A stretch of 64,000 bases of DNA. Origin: Candidatus Moranbacteria bacterium RIFOXYB1_FULL_43_19. Its GTDB lineage: Bacteria; Patescibacteriota; Minisyncoccia; Moranbacterales; UBA11712. Under the pieces are notes generated by a model. That model ran no database searches, was not told the origin of the DNA, and was given only the letters and a program-made list of their open reading frames with translations. The translations under genes and the position numbers were made by a program. Of this stretch, positions 28,909-38,684 are shown one piece after another; position 1 is the first letter of the stretch; each line of letters begins with the position of its first letter. The stretch spans positions 47,933-111,932 of the forward strand of contig MFSH01000015.1 of NCBI GenBank assembly GCA_001784875.1, read 5' to 3'.

Positions 28909-29901
28909 ATGAAGCTAATAGTAAATTTGCCTGCTTACAATGAGGAGGAAAAAATAGGCGAAACCATTGCCAGCATTGAAGAGAGCTTCAAGGCTGATTT
29001 TTATACTCAAAAGGGTTCGGCAATCAAGGAAAAATTGATACAGATTGTTGACGACGGTTCGACTGACAATACCCTCGAATATGCCAAAAAAGCCGGCGTG
29101 GACATCATTGTATCCTACAAACCCAATCGTCGCCTTGCTTACGCCTTCAAGCAAGCGGTGGAAAGCGCCCTGGACAACAAGGCGGATATAATGATAAATA
29201 TCGACGCTGACGGGCAATTTGACCCCCAGGACATTCCAAAGCTTCTTGAGCCTATTATCGAGGGGAAATACGACATGGTAATTGGAAACAGATTCGGAGA
29301 AATACAGGCGAAAAATATTCCGTGGATCAGAAAATTCCTCAACCGCTTCGCCGCTTCGATGGTTGGATTTTTTCTCAACTGCAAAACTGACGATTTGACT
29401 TGCGGCTTTCGGGCGCACAACCGCGAAACTCTTCTTCGCCTGAATCTTGTGAATGAAACTTTTACTTATACCCAGGAGACTATCATTGACGCGATTGGGA
29501 AAGGACTGAAACTCAAATGGGTCCCGATAAAAGTGACCTATCATCCGGGCCGCAAAGCCAAAATCACCAAATCCATCTGGAAATTTGTCGGTAACGGATT
29601 CAAGATAATCATCAAGGCTGTGCGCGATGTGCGTCCGCTCAAATTTTTCGGGAGTCCAGGCATTTTCATGATAGCCGTTTCCTTTGTGGCGTTTGTTGTT
29701 TTTTTATACCATTATTTCCAGACTTTTCAAATTACTCCTTACAGGAATTATATTCTTCTAGCTTTTTTCCTCTTTGTTATCGGTCTTCAATTTCTGATTC
29801 TGGCGCTTATAGCGGACATGATCAAATCAAACCGAAAGCTGAGCGAAGACCAGATGTATCTCATGAAAAAAGAAAAATATAAGCGCCACCACGGCGATTG
29901 A
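28909..29901 (+). CDS. GT2 glycosyltransferase (polyprenol-phosphate sugar synthase-like)
   Basis: PAYNEE, VDDGSTD, DADGQF, two C-terminal TMs. Confidence 0.92.
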   Translation: MKLIVNLPAYNEEEKIGETIASIEESFKADFYTQKGSAIKEKLIQIVDDGSTDNTLEYAKKAGVDIIVSYKPNRRLAYAFKQAVESALDNKADIMINIDADGQFDPQDIPKLLEPIIEGKYDMVIGNRFGEIQAKNIPWIRKFLNRFAASMVGFFLNCKTDDLTCGFRAHNRETLLRLNLVNETFTYTQETIIDAIGKGLKLKWVPIKVTYHPGRKAKITKSIWKFVGNGFKIIIKAVRDVRPLKFFGSPGIFMIAVSFVAFVVFLYHYFQTFQITPYRNYILLAFFLFVIGLQFLILALIADMIKSNRKLSEDQMYLMKKEKYKRHHGD

Positions 29902-29946
29902 AATTGCGTCACTGCAAGCAATTATAAAAAATATTAATAAAAAAAC

Positions 29947-30759
29947 ATGAGCAAAATCTACATTATTGAAGATGACCCGATGCTCGTTGAAATATACGAG
30001 AAAAAGCTGACAGATGCAGGATTTGAGGTAAAAGTCACGGCGAGCGGCACAACGGTCAAAGATGAGATGATCGACTGGAAGCCGGATCTGGTGCTTTTGG
30101 ATGTCGTTCTTCCGGATATGGACGGCTTCGAGATTATGGAAGTTATCAAAAAAGAACCGAACATCAAAGATATTCCAGTGTTTGTTTTCAGCAATTTGTC
30201 ATCTAAAGAAGATATGGACAGGGCAACAAGCCTTGGAGCGGCCGGATTTCTCACAAAATCGAGCTTCACCCCATCCCAGCTGGCTGATGAAATAAAGAAG
30301 ATTCTTGGCCACGCGGTGCCGGCCTCAACTCCTCTTTCTGCTCCAAATTCCCAAGAAACCGTTCCTCATCAAATCAGTGCCGAACCGAATGGCCATAAAG
30401 TCCTCATCATTGAAGATGAAGATATTTTCATCGAAATGTTTGGCGCAAAACTGAAACAGGAAGGATTTGAAGTTGTCGCGGCCAAAAACGGGAAATGGGG
30501 GCTCAAAGAAGCGGAAAAAGGAGGTTTTGACTGCGTGCTTCTGGACATGATGATGCCGGCTATGAACGGGTTTGAGGCTATTCAGGAGCTTCGGGCGAAT
30601 GAAAATACAAAAAATATTCCAATCATTATTCTTTCCAATTCGGCTCTTGACAGTGAAGTCCAGAAAGCGATGGAGCTGGGAGCCAATGCCTATCATATCA
30701 AAACTCAAATTACTCCCGGAGAAGTGGCGGAGGAAGTGAAGGAGTTGATAAAGAAATAA
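29947..30759 (+). CDS. Tandem receiver-domain response regulator without output domain
   Basis: IIEDD..LLDVVLP..K and IIEDE..LLDMMMP..K. Confidence 0.92.
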   Translation: MSKIYIIEDDPMLVEIYEKKLTDAGFEVKVTASGTTVKDEMIDWKPDLVLLDVVLPDMDGFEIMEVIKKEPNIKDIPVFVFSNLSSKEDMDRATSLGAAGFLTKSSFTPSQLADEIKKILGHAVPASTPLSAPNSQETVPHQISAEPNGHKVLIIEDEDIFIEMFGAKLKQEGFEVVAAKNGKWGLKEAEKGGFDCVLLDMMMPAMNGFEAIQELRANENTKNIPIIILSNSALDSEVQKAMELGANAYHIKTQITPGEVAEEVKELIKK

Positions 30760-30890
30760 GTCTTTAGTAACAGGGTTATTAGCAGTGGGACAAGTCATGA
30801 GTCATTGGTCATCGGATATCCGAAGACTAAAAACCAAAGACCAAACCAACGGCCAACAACCATGTTATCCATGACCAAAATCGTTATTTT

Positions 30891-32207
30891 ATGAAGAGAA
30901 CTTTAGTTTCAGAAACAATCAACAAAACCGGTGAAACTTTAAAAATATCCGGCTGGGTTCATGTCCGCCGCGACCATGGAAAAATTATTTTCATCGACCT
31001 TCGCGACCGAAGCGGGATTTTGCAGTGCATAATCTCTCCCGGGACGAAAAATTATGAAGAATTCAAAAAAGTCCGCTCACAGTGGGTTGTGAATTTTTCC
31101 GGAGAAGTGAAAAAAAGGCCCGAGAAACTTGAAAATCCGGATCTTGAGACGGGAGAAATTGAACTTGAAGTGAGTGAATTTGAGATTTTATCCGAAGCCC
31201 AAGAGCTTCCAATTGAAATATCGCAGCTTGACATGAAGCTGCATCTCGAAACCCTTCTTGACAACAGGAATTTGACAATCCGGAACGAAAAAGTTGGCGC
31301 GATTTTCAAAGTTTATGCCCAGATTTTGAGAAGTTACGCCGATTTTTTGCGATCGCGCGGTTTTTTGGAGATAAAAACTCCCAAGATACTCGACGGGGCG
31401 ACCGAAGGCGGAGCCAATTTTTTCAAAATTAAATATTTTGAACGGGAAGCATTTCTTGCCCAAAGCCCGCAATTTTTTAAGCAGGCAGGTGTGGGCGCAT
31501 ACGAACGAGTTTTCGAGATCGGTTCTGTCTTTCGGGCCGAGCCGCATTTTACCAGCCGGCACATCAACGAATTTGTCGGTCTGGACGCGGAAATGGGTTT
31601 TATCAGCTGTCCGGATGATGTCATGGACGAGCTTGAAGAAACGATGAAGCATGTTCTTAGCGAAGTGGAAAAAAATTGTCCAGCCGAACTCAAAATTCAC
31701 GAGGCGACGGTTGAAATCCCGAAAAAAATACCGCGTCTTAAGTTGGCTGATGCGGTTGATGTGCTCAAAAAGGAATATGACAAGGAAATGGAAGGTATAG
31801 ACATTGATCCCGAAGGAGAGCGCTTGATTTGCGAATGGGCGAAAAAAAAACACGGGAGCGATTTCATTTTTCTAACAAACTACCCGTGGGATATACGGCC
31901 GATGTATATTATGCCAAATCCGGAAAACCCAAAAGAAACTTTCGGGTTCGACCTGCTTTACAGAGGGGTTGAGCTGGCCTCGGGAGGCCAGAGAATCCAT
32001 GACTATGACCAGCTTGTTGCAAATATGAAAAAGAAAAAACTGGATCCGGATGATTTTGAACATTATCTTCAAATTTTCAAATACGGAATGCCGCCCCACG
32101 GAGGCTGGGGGCTGGGAAGCGAACGTATCGTTCAAAAAATTCTTGGTCTCAAAAGCATAAAGGAGGCAATTTTGTTTCCGAGGGACGTGAAGAGACTGAC
32201 ACCATAA
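30891..32207 (+). CDS. aspS: Aspartyl-tRNA synthetase, archaeal-type, probably non-discriminating
   Basis: 438 aa; RDHGKIIFIDLRD, LAQSPQ, FRAE, SGGQRIH, GMPPHGGWGLG. Confidence 0.93.
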   Translation: MKRTLVSETINKTGETLKISGWVHVRRDHGKIIFIDLRDRSGILQCIISPGTKNYEEFKKVRSQWVVNFSGEVKKRPEKLENPDLETGEIELEVSEFEILSEAQELPIEISQLDMKLHLETLLDNRNLTIRNEKVGAIFKVYAQILRSYADFLRSRGFLEIKTPKILDGATEGGANFFKIKYFEREAFLAQSPQFFKQAGVGAYERVFEIGSVFRAEPHFTSRHINEFVGLDAEMGFISCPDDVMDELEETMKHVLSEVEKNCPAELKIHEATVEIPKKIPRLKLADAVDVLKKEYDKEMEGIDIDPEGERLICEWAKKKHGSDFIFLTNYPWDIRPMYIMPNPENPKETFGFDLLYRGVELASGGQRIHDYDQLVANMKKKKLDPDDFEHYLQIFKYGMPPHGGWGLGSERIVQKILGLKSIKEAILFPRDVKRLTP

Positions 32208-32246
32208 ATTTATTCTGCCGTTTCCAGGTTGCAGTAATTAGTTTTT

Positions 32247-33455
32247 ATGAAGCAAACACACAAAGAAAGATTCAACAAAAATCTCATAAAATATCTGTAT
32301 CTCTCGACATTTCTCCTAGGCATTGCCTCGGCTTTTATTTTATATCTTGAATCAGACTATTTCAAAGTGGCTCTCCAAAGCGAAAATATCACTTCTTTCT
32401 ATATTTTTGCTTACGGCCTTGCTCTTGTACTGATGCTGAACTGGCACCATCTCGTCCGTCTTTACGGAAAAGTGCGGGTATTTCAGGTGTCCCTCTCCGC
32501 GAAACTCGTCATCGCCTTTTTTTTGACGCTTTTTCCTGTTTCAGTTTGGAGCGTATGGCTTTTGGTTGTTTATATAACCTTTACAGTGATCAGCTGGCTC
32601 GATATGGATAATCTTCTCGAAGCCTGCTCCGTGGATAAAAAAACGGGGAAAATCCGTGGCTTATATCTCACTATTGAGAATGCCGGGTATCTTGTGGCTC
32701 CTTTTTTCTCCGGACTTCTAGTGAGCAGATATGGCTTTCAGGCAGCTTTCGCTGTTTCTTTTGTTATTTTATTTTTTGTTTTGATTATTTCGTTGATAAA
32801 GATAAAGAATGTTGATCATTGCCCAATCAAAAAAACCGATTTCCGTTCATTTATGAAAAAAATTTTTTTGCGCAAGAATGTGTTGAAGGCCTACTATATC
32901 TCTTTTCTTCTTGAATTTTTTTACGCTCTGATGATTATCTACACACCGCTTTATCTTCTTGACCTAGGTTTCGACTGGTTCCAAATCGGAAAAATATTCA
33001 CCATCATGCTGATTCCTTTTGTGCTTTTCCAATATCCGGCAGGGTATCTAGCGGATACCAAATACGAGGAAAAAAATATGATGGCTGGAGCTCTTTTTAT
33101 GCTAGCTATTTCGACGATGATTATATATTTTGTCGATTCAAAGTCAGCGCTTGCCTGGGGAGCCGTGCTGTTCACAACAAGGATCGGCGCCAGCCTTATC
33201 GAGGTATTGCGAGACTCCTATTTTTACAAGCGCATTGATCAGCGAGACGTCGATATCACTGATTTTTTTCGCACTGTCCGACCAATTGCCTATATTGCTG
33301 GCGCATTGATTGCAGCTCCAATCGTTTATATTTTCCACATCAAGTTGATTTTCGTTATAATAGGGTTAGCCGCTCTCACCGGAATTCCAGTTAGCTTATC
33401 TTTAGCTTCCAGTCGAATCCCGTCTGTTAGCAGCAAAAGCATGTATAAAGCGTGA
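32247..33455 (+). CDS. MFS transporter
   Basis: About 12 TM helices; PAGYLADTKY loop motif. Confidence 0.88.
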   Translation: MKQTHKERFNKNLIKYLYLSTFLLGIASAFILYLESDYFKVALQSENITSFYIFAYGLALVLMLNWHHLVRLYGKVRVFQVSLSAKLVIAFFLTLFPVSVWSVWLLVVYITFTVISWLDMDNLLEACSVDKKTGKIRGLYLTIENAGYLVAPFFSGLLVSRYGFQAAFAVSFVILFFVLIISLIKIKNVDHCPIKKTDFRSFMKKIFLRKNVLKAYYISFLLEFFYALMIIYTPLYLLDLGFDWFQIGKIFTIMLIPFVLFQYPAGYLADTKYEEKNMMAGALFMLAISTMIIYFVDSKSALAWGAVLFTTRIGASLIEVLRDSYFYKRIDQRDVDITDFFRTVRPIAYIAGALIAAPIVYIFHIKLIFVIIGLAALTGIPVSLSLASSRIPSVSSKSMYKA

Positions 33456-33509
33456 AAAGAATCTTCCTTAATTTTCACTTTTTCATTTTTAATTTCTAAT
33501 TTAACTTTT

Positions 33510-34022
33510 ATGTCCGTCTCGAAAAAAATCCTCGATTATCTTAAGAAAAAAAAGTACAAATTTGAAATAATTGAGCACAAAACAACTTATACCGCATTTG
33601 ATACGGCCCGGACCACCCAAAAATTGGAAAAGAAAATCAGACCTGAAGAATTCATAAAGACGCTTATTGTGAAAGCGGATAAGGATTATTTTTTGGCGCT
33701 TGTTCCAGCTTCCAGGAAGCTAGACAAAAATAAACTACGAAAAGTTGTTAATACTGTCCGAAAAAAGAACAAAGAAAAACTGTATAAATCCATCAACCTC
33801 GCCAAAGAAGCTTGGATGAAAAAGAATATTATCGGGAAAGTGGGCGCCACTCCGGCTTTTAAAGAGCTGACCGGGCTGGAAATATATATAGATGCGGTTC
33901 TTGCCAAGCAAATAAATATCTACGTCGGTTCAGGTGAATACGAATACTCGCTCAAGTTGCCGGCAAAACAGTATATAAATAATGAGGCGCCAATCAAAGG
34001 AAGTTTTGGGGTGAAAAAATGA
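33510..34022 (+). CDS. YbaK/ProX-like aminoacyl-tRNA editing domain protein
   Basis: EH..TYTA, IKTLIVKAD, GATPAF. Confidence 0.85.
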   Translation: MSVSKKILDYLKKKKYKFEIIEHKTTYTAFDTARTTQKLEKKIRPEEFIKTLIVKADKDYFLALVPASRKLDKNKLRKVVNTVRKKNKEKLYKSINLAKEAWMKKNIIGKVGATPAFKELTGLEIYIDAVLAKQINIYVGSGEYEYSLKLPAKQYINNEAPIKGSFGVKK

Positions 34023-34738
34023 CTTACGAAGTAAAAATACCAAAATTTGAAGGTCCGCTTGATTTGCTCCTCGAACTTATTGAGGAGCAAAAACTTGACA
34101 TAGCCCAGGTTTCAATCGCCAAGGTGGCCGATGATTATCTTCGATATGTCCGGGACGAAAAAAAAATAAGCCTTGAAAACCTGGCGGAGTTCGTGAATAT
34201 CGCTTCAAAGATCATTCTCATCAAATCAAGAAACATCCTGCCGACAATCGAAGTGACTCCCGAAGAAGAAAAGGAGATCCGAGATCTCGAAGAGCAGCTC
34301 AAAGAATATAAGAAATACAAAGAAGCCTCGCTGAAATTAGCCGCCTTGTTTGGAAAGCAAGCCATGTTTTCCCGAGATTATCTCATGGGTTCGGTGGCAG
34401 TTTTTTCTCCGCCAAAAAATATCAATTCGTTTGATCTCAAAAAACAATTTCAAAAATTAATTGACCAGATTGTCCTTCCGGAAAAGATTCCCGAAGAGGC
34501 AATTCGTGATATAATAACCCTGGAAGAAAAAATCAGCGAACTTCAAAAAAGCCTTGAAACGCGAGTGGAAATGGGCTTTTCCCAGTTGAAAAGGTCCGCG
34601 AAAAACAATATTGAGGTGATTGTGAGTTTCTTGGCGCTTCTGGAGCTAGTGAAGCAAAGGATTATTTCCGTCGAACAAAGCGAATTGTTTGAAGACATAA
34701 GAATTAGGAAATCCGAAATCCTAAGGACTAAATCCTAA
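34019..34738 (+). CDS. scpA: Segregation and condensation protein A
   Basis: FEGPLDLLLELI, FLALLELVK. Confidence 0.96.
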   Translation: MTYEVKIPKFEGPLDLLLELIEEQKLDIAQVSIAKVADDYLRYVRDEKKISLENLAEFVNIASKIILIKSRNILPTIEVTPEEEKEIRDLEEQLKEYKKYKEASLKLAALFGKQAMFSRDYLMGSVAVFSPPKNINSFDLKKQFQKLIDQIVLPEKIPEEAIRDIITLEEKISELQKSLETRVEMGFSQLKRSAKNNIEVIVSFLALLELVKQRIISVEQSELFEDIRIRKSEILRTKS

Positions 34739-34840
34739 ATAAATTAAAATCTCAAAATTCAAATATTCTAATCGTTTTGGAATTCGGTTATTGGGATTTT
34801 GATATTGTTTTGGGTTTAGATATTCGGATTTAGAATTTGA
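34708..34840. repeat. Degenerate heptamer tandem array with inverted second half
   Basis: AAATCCG AAATCCT...AAATTCA then TTTGGAA TTCGGT...TTTAGAA TTT between scpA and scpB. Confidence 0.65.
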
Positions 34841-34846
34841 AAAGAT

Positions 34847-35404
34847 ATGGATACTCAAAAATTAAAATCTGTCATCGAAAGCCTCCTTTTTGCTTCCGGT
34901 GAACCGATGAAAGCACAAAAACTTGCCAAAATCTGCGGAATTCCTAAGAATGAAGTAGAGACTTCCTTGCAAGAGCTCGAAAAGGACTATCAGGGTAACC
35001 GGGGTCTCAGGATTCTTTCAAAAGAAGATTCCTATCAGCTGGCGAGCAGTCCGGAAAATGCCCGATTCGTGAGCCAACTTGTGAGCGGCGAGCTGAACGC
35101 CGAACTCTCGAAATCTTCCATCGAAACGCTCTCCATTGTTGCCTATCGAGGGCCGATTACAAGAATCCAGATCGAGGCTATCCGAGGCGTCAATTCAAGT
35201 TATGTCCTGCGGAGCCTTCTTATGCGCGGGCTTGTTGAAAGAAAAGAAACATCAGATATTCGAGGGTATATTTATGAGATATCTTTTGATTTTTTGAAAC
35301 ATCTTGGAATCCAAAAATCGAGCGAACTACCGGATTGGGAAGCGCATTCCAAAAATGAAAAAGTTTCGGAACTTGTTTCTTTAAGTGAAAAAACGGAGCA
35401 ATAA
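34847..35404 (+). CDS. scpB: Segregation and condensation protein B
   Basis: IESLLFASGEP, ETLSIVAYRGPITR..IEAIRGVNS. Confidence 0.97.
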   Translation: MDTQKLKSVIESLLFASGEPMKAQKLAKICGIPKNEVETSLQELEKDYQGNRGLRILSKEDSYQLASSPENARFVSQLVSGELNAELSKSSIETLSIVAYRGPITRIQIEAIRGVNSSYVLRSLLMRGLVERKETSDIRGYIYEISFDFLKHLGIQKSSELPDWEAHSKNEKVSELVSLSEKTEQ

Positions 35405-35405
35405 T

Positions 35406-36434
35406 ATGAATTCTATTTCAATCTTGCTATTGATATTTTTTCTGCCTTTCAACTATTTTTTTCTTCCGGCAGCAAATTTTGAAAAAGATAATTCGACAAG
35501 TCAGGTCGAAGGGGTTTCTGTCCAAAAGGACGACTTTCCGCTTTCTCCCGAAGATAGCAGCCTGAAAGGGAGCTTGAAAAATGCGGACATGGCCAAAAAT
35601 GAAAACTATGGCGGATCGGGGCTGGTTCCGCAACGAAAAAAGGATTACTGGAACACGAAAATATTTGCCACTTCTTCCGTCGTGATTGATGTGGACACCG
35701 GGACAATTTTGCATTATGACAACGGGCGCGAAAAAATTCCGATTGCTTCGCTGACCAAGATGATGACGGCCATAATCGTTATGGAAAAAGTGAAAAACCT
35801 CGATGAGCAAGTAACGATTGATGAAGAGGCTATTATGACGGATGGCACGAAAGTCGGCTGTCCGAGAAGCGGCTATTGCGTGAATGAAAGGCTCCATGAA
35901 GGGGAAAAAGTAACCGCGAAGGATCTCCTCATGGCGATGCTTCTCAACAGCGCCAATGACGCGGCCGTGGCGTTGGGAAACCATATTGCCGGATCCCAGA
36001 AAGGTTTTGCCAAGCTTATGAACGAAAAAGCGGAAGATCTCAACCTCGGGGATTCGAAGTTTTGCAACCCTTCGGGACTTGACGAAGACGACTGCTATTC
36101 TTCGGCCTATGATCTTGCCCGAATAGCGGCCTACTCCATGCGGTATGACCTGATTTGGAATATCATGAAAATGCCGGAAGTGGAAATAAATTCCTGCGAC
36201 GGCAAGTACTCCCACCTTCTCAAAAACACGGATCTCCTGATCGGCCAAATGTCAAATTGCATCGGAGGAAAGACAGGCTTTACCTATAACGCCGGAAAAT
36301 CGCTTATGATGGCGGCTGTCGATCCAGAAACAAGAAAGCATAAAATTGTGGCTGTCATACTCAACGACAACAATCGTTGGGAGGACATGGCGGGCCTCAT
36401 CAGCTGGACATACGATAATTATGAATGGAAGTAG
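35406..36434 (+). CDS. D-Ala-D-Ala carboxypeptidase (peptidase S11)
   Basis: ASLTK (SxxK), SAN (SxN), KTG. Confidence 0.93.
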   Translation: MNSISILLLIFFLPFNYFFLPAANFEKDNSTSQVEGVSVQKDDFPLSPEDSSLKGSLKNADMAKNENYGGSGLVPQRKKDYWNTKIFATSSVVIDVDTGTILHYDNGREKIPIASLTKMMTAIIVMEKVKNLDEQVTIDEEAIMTDGTKVGCPRSGYCVNERLHEGEKVTAKDLLMAMLLNSANDAAVALGNHIAGSQKGFAKLMNEKAEDLNLGDSKFCNPSGLDEDDCYSSAYDLARIAAYSMRYDLIWNIMKMPEVEINSCDGKYSHLLKNTDLLIGQMSNCIGGKTGFTYNAGKSLMMAAVDPETRKHKIVAVILNDNNRWEDMAGLISWTYDNYEWK

Positions 36435-36435
36435 T

Positions 36436-37521
36436 ATGCAATTTGCCGATATCACAACAATCCCTGCTGCAATGTCAGTTCTCAAAATTTGGATTTTGGG
36501 AACTCTGTCTTTTGTTCTGGCAATGGCTTGGACGCCGATTCTTTCCAATTTTCTCTATAAGTATAAAATCGGGATAAAAATAAAAGAAACTTCAGTTGAC
36601 GGAAAAAAAGCTCCGATATACCACAATCTTCACAAGAATAAAAGTGGCACGCCTTCCATGGGCGGAGCGCTGGTCTGGGTAACGGTCTTGTTTCTGGCTG
36701 TTTTTATGTATCTGGTAACGCCATTTTTCAGCGCCAAGCTGATTACCCGTCTTGATTTTTTTTCCCGCTCCCAAACCTGGCTCCCTTTTTTCGTTTTGAT
36801 TTCAGCGGCCGCTGTCGGGGCGTTTGATGACATATTCAGTGTCCGTGGATGGGGAACCAACAAAGGGGGAGGAATCAGGTTTCTTTACCGATTCGGCTGG
36901 CTGGTGGTCATTGCTGTCGCGGGCGCTCTCTGGTTTTACTTTAAGCTTGAACACCACTCTATCCATGTTCCGGGAGTGGGAGATTTTGGAATAAATTGGT
37001 GGTATATCCCGTTTTTCTCTTTTGTAGTCTTAGCCACTGCCTTCTCTTCGAATATCACGGACGGGCTTGACGGATTGAACGGCGGGATTCTTCTTATCGC
37101 CTTTGCTTCATTCGGCGTCATCGGTTTCACCCAGGATAAAATCAACCTGGCAGCTTTTTGCGCGGCTATCTGCGGAGCTCTTCTGGCCTTTCTTTGGTTC
37201 AATATTTATCCGGCTCGTTTTTTCATGGGCGACACCGGAGCTGTTTCATTGGGAGCGACTTTGGCGGTGATCGCCATGCTTACCAATTCGGTGTTGATTC
37301 TTCCCATTATTTGTCTGGTTTATGTGATTGAGGCCGGATCGGTTATCGTCCAGCTCACTTCCAAAAAATTTTTTGGCCGAAAGATATTTCTTTCCACGCC
37401 GATTCACCATCATTTTGAAGCTCTCGGCTGGCCGGAAACGAAAGTGACAATGCGAGCCTGGATTCTCACGGGAGTGGCTTCCGGGATAGGATTGATCATC
37501 GGGATATTAGGCATGGGGTGA
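36436..37521 (+). CDS. mraY: Phospho-N-acetylmuramoyl-pentapeptide transferase
   Basis: KSGTPSMGG, NITDGLDGL, FMGDTG, PIHHHFE. Confidence 0.97.
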   Translation: MQFADITTIPAAMSVLKIWILGTLSFVLAMAWTPILSNFLYKYKIGIKIKETSVDGKKAPIYHNLHKNKSGTPSMGGALVWVTVLFLAVFMYLVTPFFSAKLITRLDFFSRSQTWLPFFVLISAAAVGAFDDIFSVRGWGTNKGGGIRFLYRFGWLVVIAVAGALWFYFKLEHHSIHVPGVGDFGINWWYIPFFSFVVLATAFSSNITDGLDGLNGGILLIAFASFGVIGFTQDKINLAAFCAAICGALLAFLWFNIYPARFFMGDTGAVSLGATLAVIAMLTNSVLILPIICLVYVIEAGSVIVQLTSKKFFGRKIFLSTPIHHHFEALGWPETKVTMRAWILTGVASGIGLIIGILGMG

Positions 37522-37602
37522 ATGCGAACGGTCGCAAATGGAAAAACGAATGCATACGAATAAATTTCGTGTTCATTCGCCTAAACATTCGCGATAATTT
37601 GC

Positions 37603-38646
37603 ATGAAAAATCTGAAAGATTTAGATTTCAAAAACAAGCGTGTTCTTGTCCGGGCTGATTTCAACGTCCCTCTCGAAAATGGGGCGGTGAAAGACGATTT
37701 TCGGATCAAACTCTCTATTCCCACGCTGGAATATATTCTCAAGCAATCCCGATCAAAGATTGTAATTATTTCGCACTTGGGGCGACCTGATGGAAAAAAC
37801 GTGGCCGATTTTTCGTTGAAACCGGTTGCCCAAACTTTGTCGAAGCTCATGAAAAAGGAAGTGAAATTTATTGGCGGAATAAAAAGCGGGGAAGGAGACG
37901 AATGTGTCCGCAACCTTTCCGACGGTGAAATCGCTCTTACGGAAAACATCCGTTTCTATGCCGAGGAAGAAGCGAATGACGAAAAATTCGCCATTGATGT
38001 TTGCCACCATTTTGGCGTTTATGTCAACGACGCTTTCAGCGCTTCACATCGCGCTCACGCGACTATTGCCCAAATTCCGCGGTTCAAGCCATCCTGCGCC
38101 GGTTTTTTGATGCAAAAAGAGGTAGAAGAGCTTTCAAAGGCCTTGAAACCTGCCAAGAGGCCGTCTATGGCGATTATCGGCGGGGCGAAAATCGAGACGA
38201 AACTACCGGTGATTGAAAATCTGGCGAAAATTTATGACGTTGTCATTTTGGGAGGAAGAATATCCGTTGAGGCTAAGGAAAAAAATATGAAATTTTCACC
38301 AAATGTTGTTTTGCCGGAAGATTTTGCCGAAGGCAATTTTGATATCGGCCCTAAAACAACAGAAAAATATAAAATGGCTATATCTGCCGCATCTTTCGTA
38401 ATCTGGAACGGTCCGATGGGAAAATTTGAAGAAAAAGGATTCCGGCGGGGGACAGACGAAATTTATGAGGCTATAGTGGCTTCAGACGCCTACAAAATTG
38501 CCGGCGGCGGTGAATCGGTTGAATATATCAATATGAAAAATGGCGCGGAAAATTTTGATTTCATCTCCTCTGGCGGCGGAGCCATGCTTGAATTTTTGAG
38601 CGGGAAAAAACTGCCGGGAATTGATGCGCTGGAGAATAGTATTTAG
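37603..38646 (+). CDS. pgk: Phosphoglycerate kinase
   Basis: RADFNVP, SHLGRP, NDAF..HRAH, WNGPMG.FE, SSGGGA. Confidence 0.97.
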   Translation: MKNLKDLDFKNKRVLVRADFNVPLENGAVKDDFRIKLSIPTLEYILKQSRSKIVIISHLGRPDGKNVADFSLKPVAQTLSKLMKKEVKFIGGIKSGEGDECVRNLSDGEIALTENIRFYAEEEANDEKFAIDVCHHFGVYVNDAFSASHRAHATIAQIPRFKPSCAGFLMQKEVEELSKALKPAKRPSMAIIGGAKIETKLPVIENLAKIYDVVILGGRISVEAKEKNMKFSPNVVLPEDFAEGNFDIGPKTTEKYKMAISAASFVIWNGPMGKFEEKGFRRGTDEIYEAIVASDAYKIAGGGESVEYINMKNGAENFDFISSGGGAMLEFLSGKKLPGIDALENSI

Positions 38647-38684
38647 CAGTTGGTATCTGGTATTTAGTATTTTGTATAAAAAAT

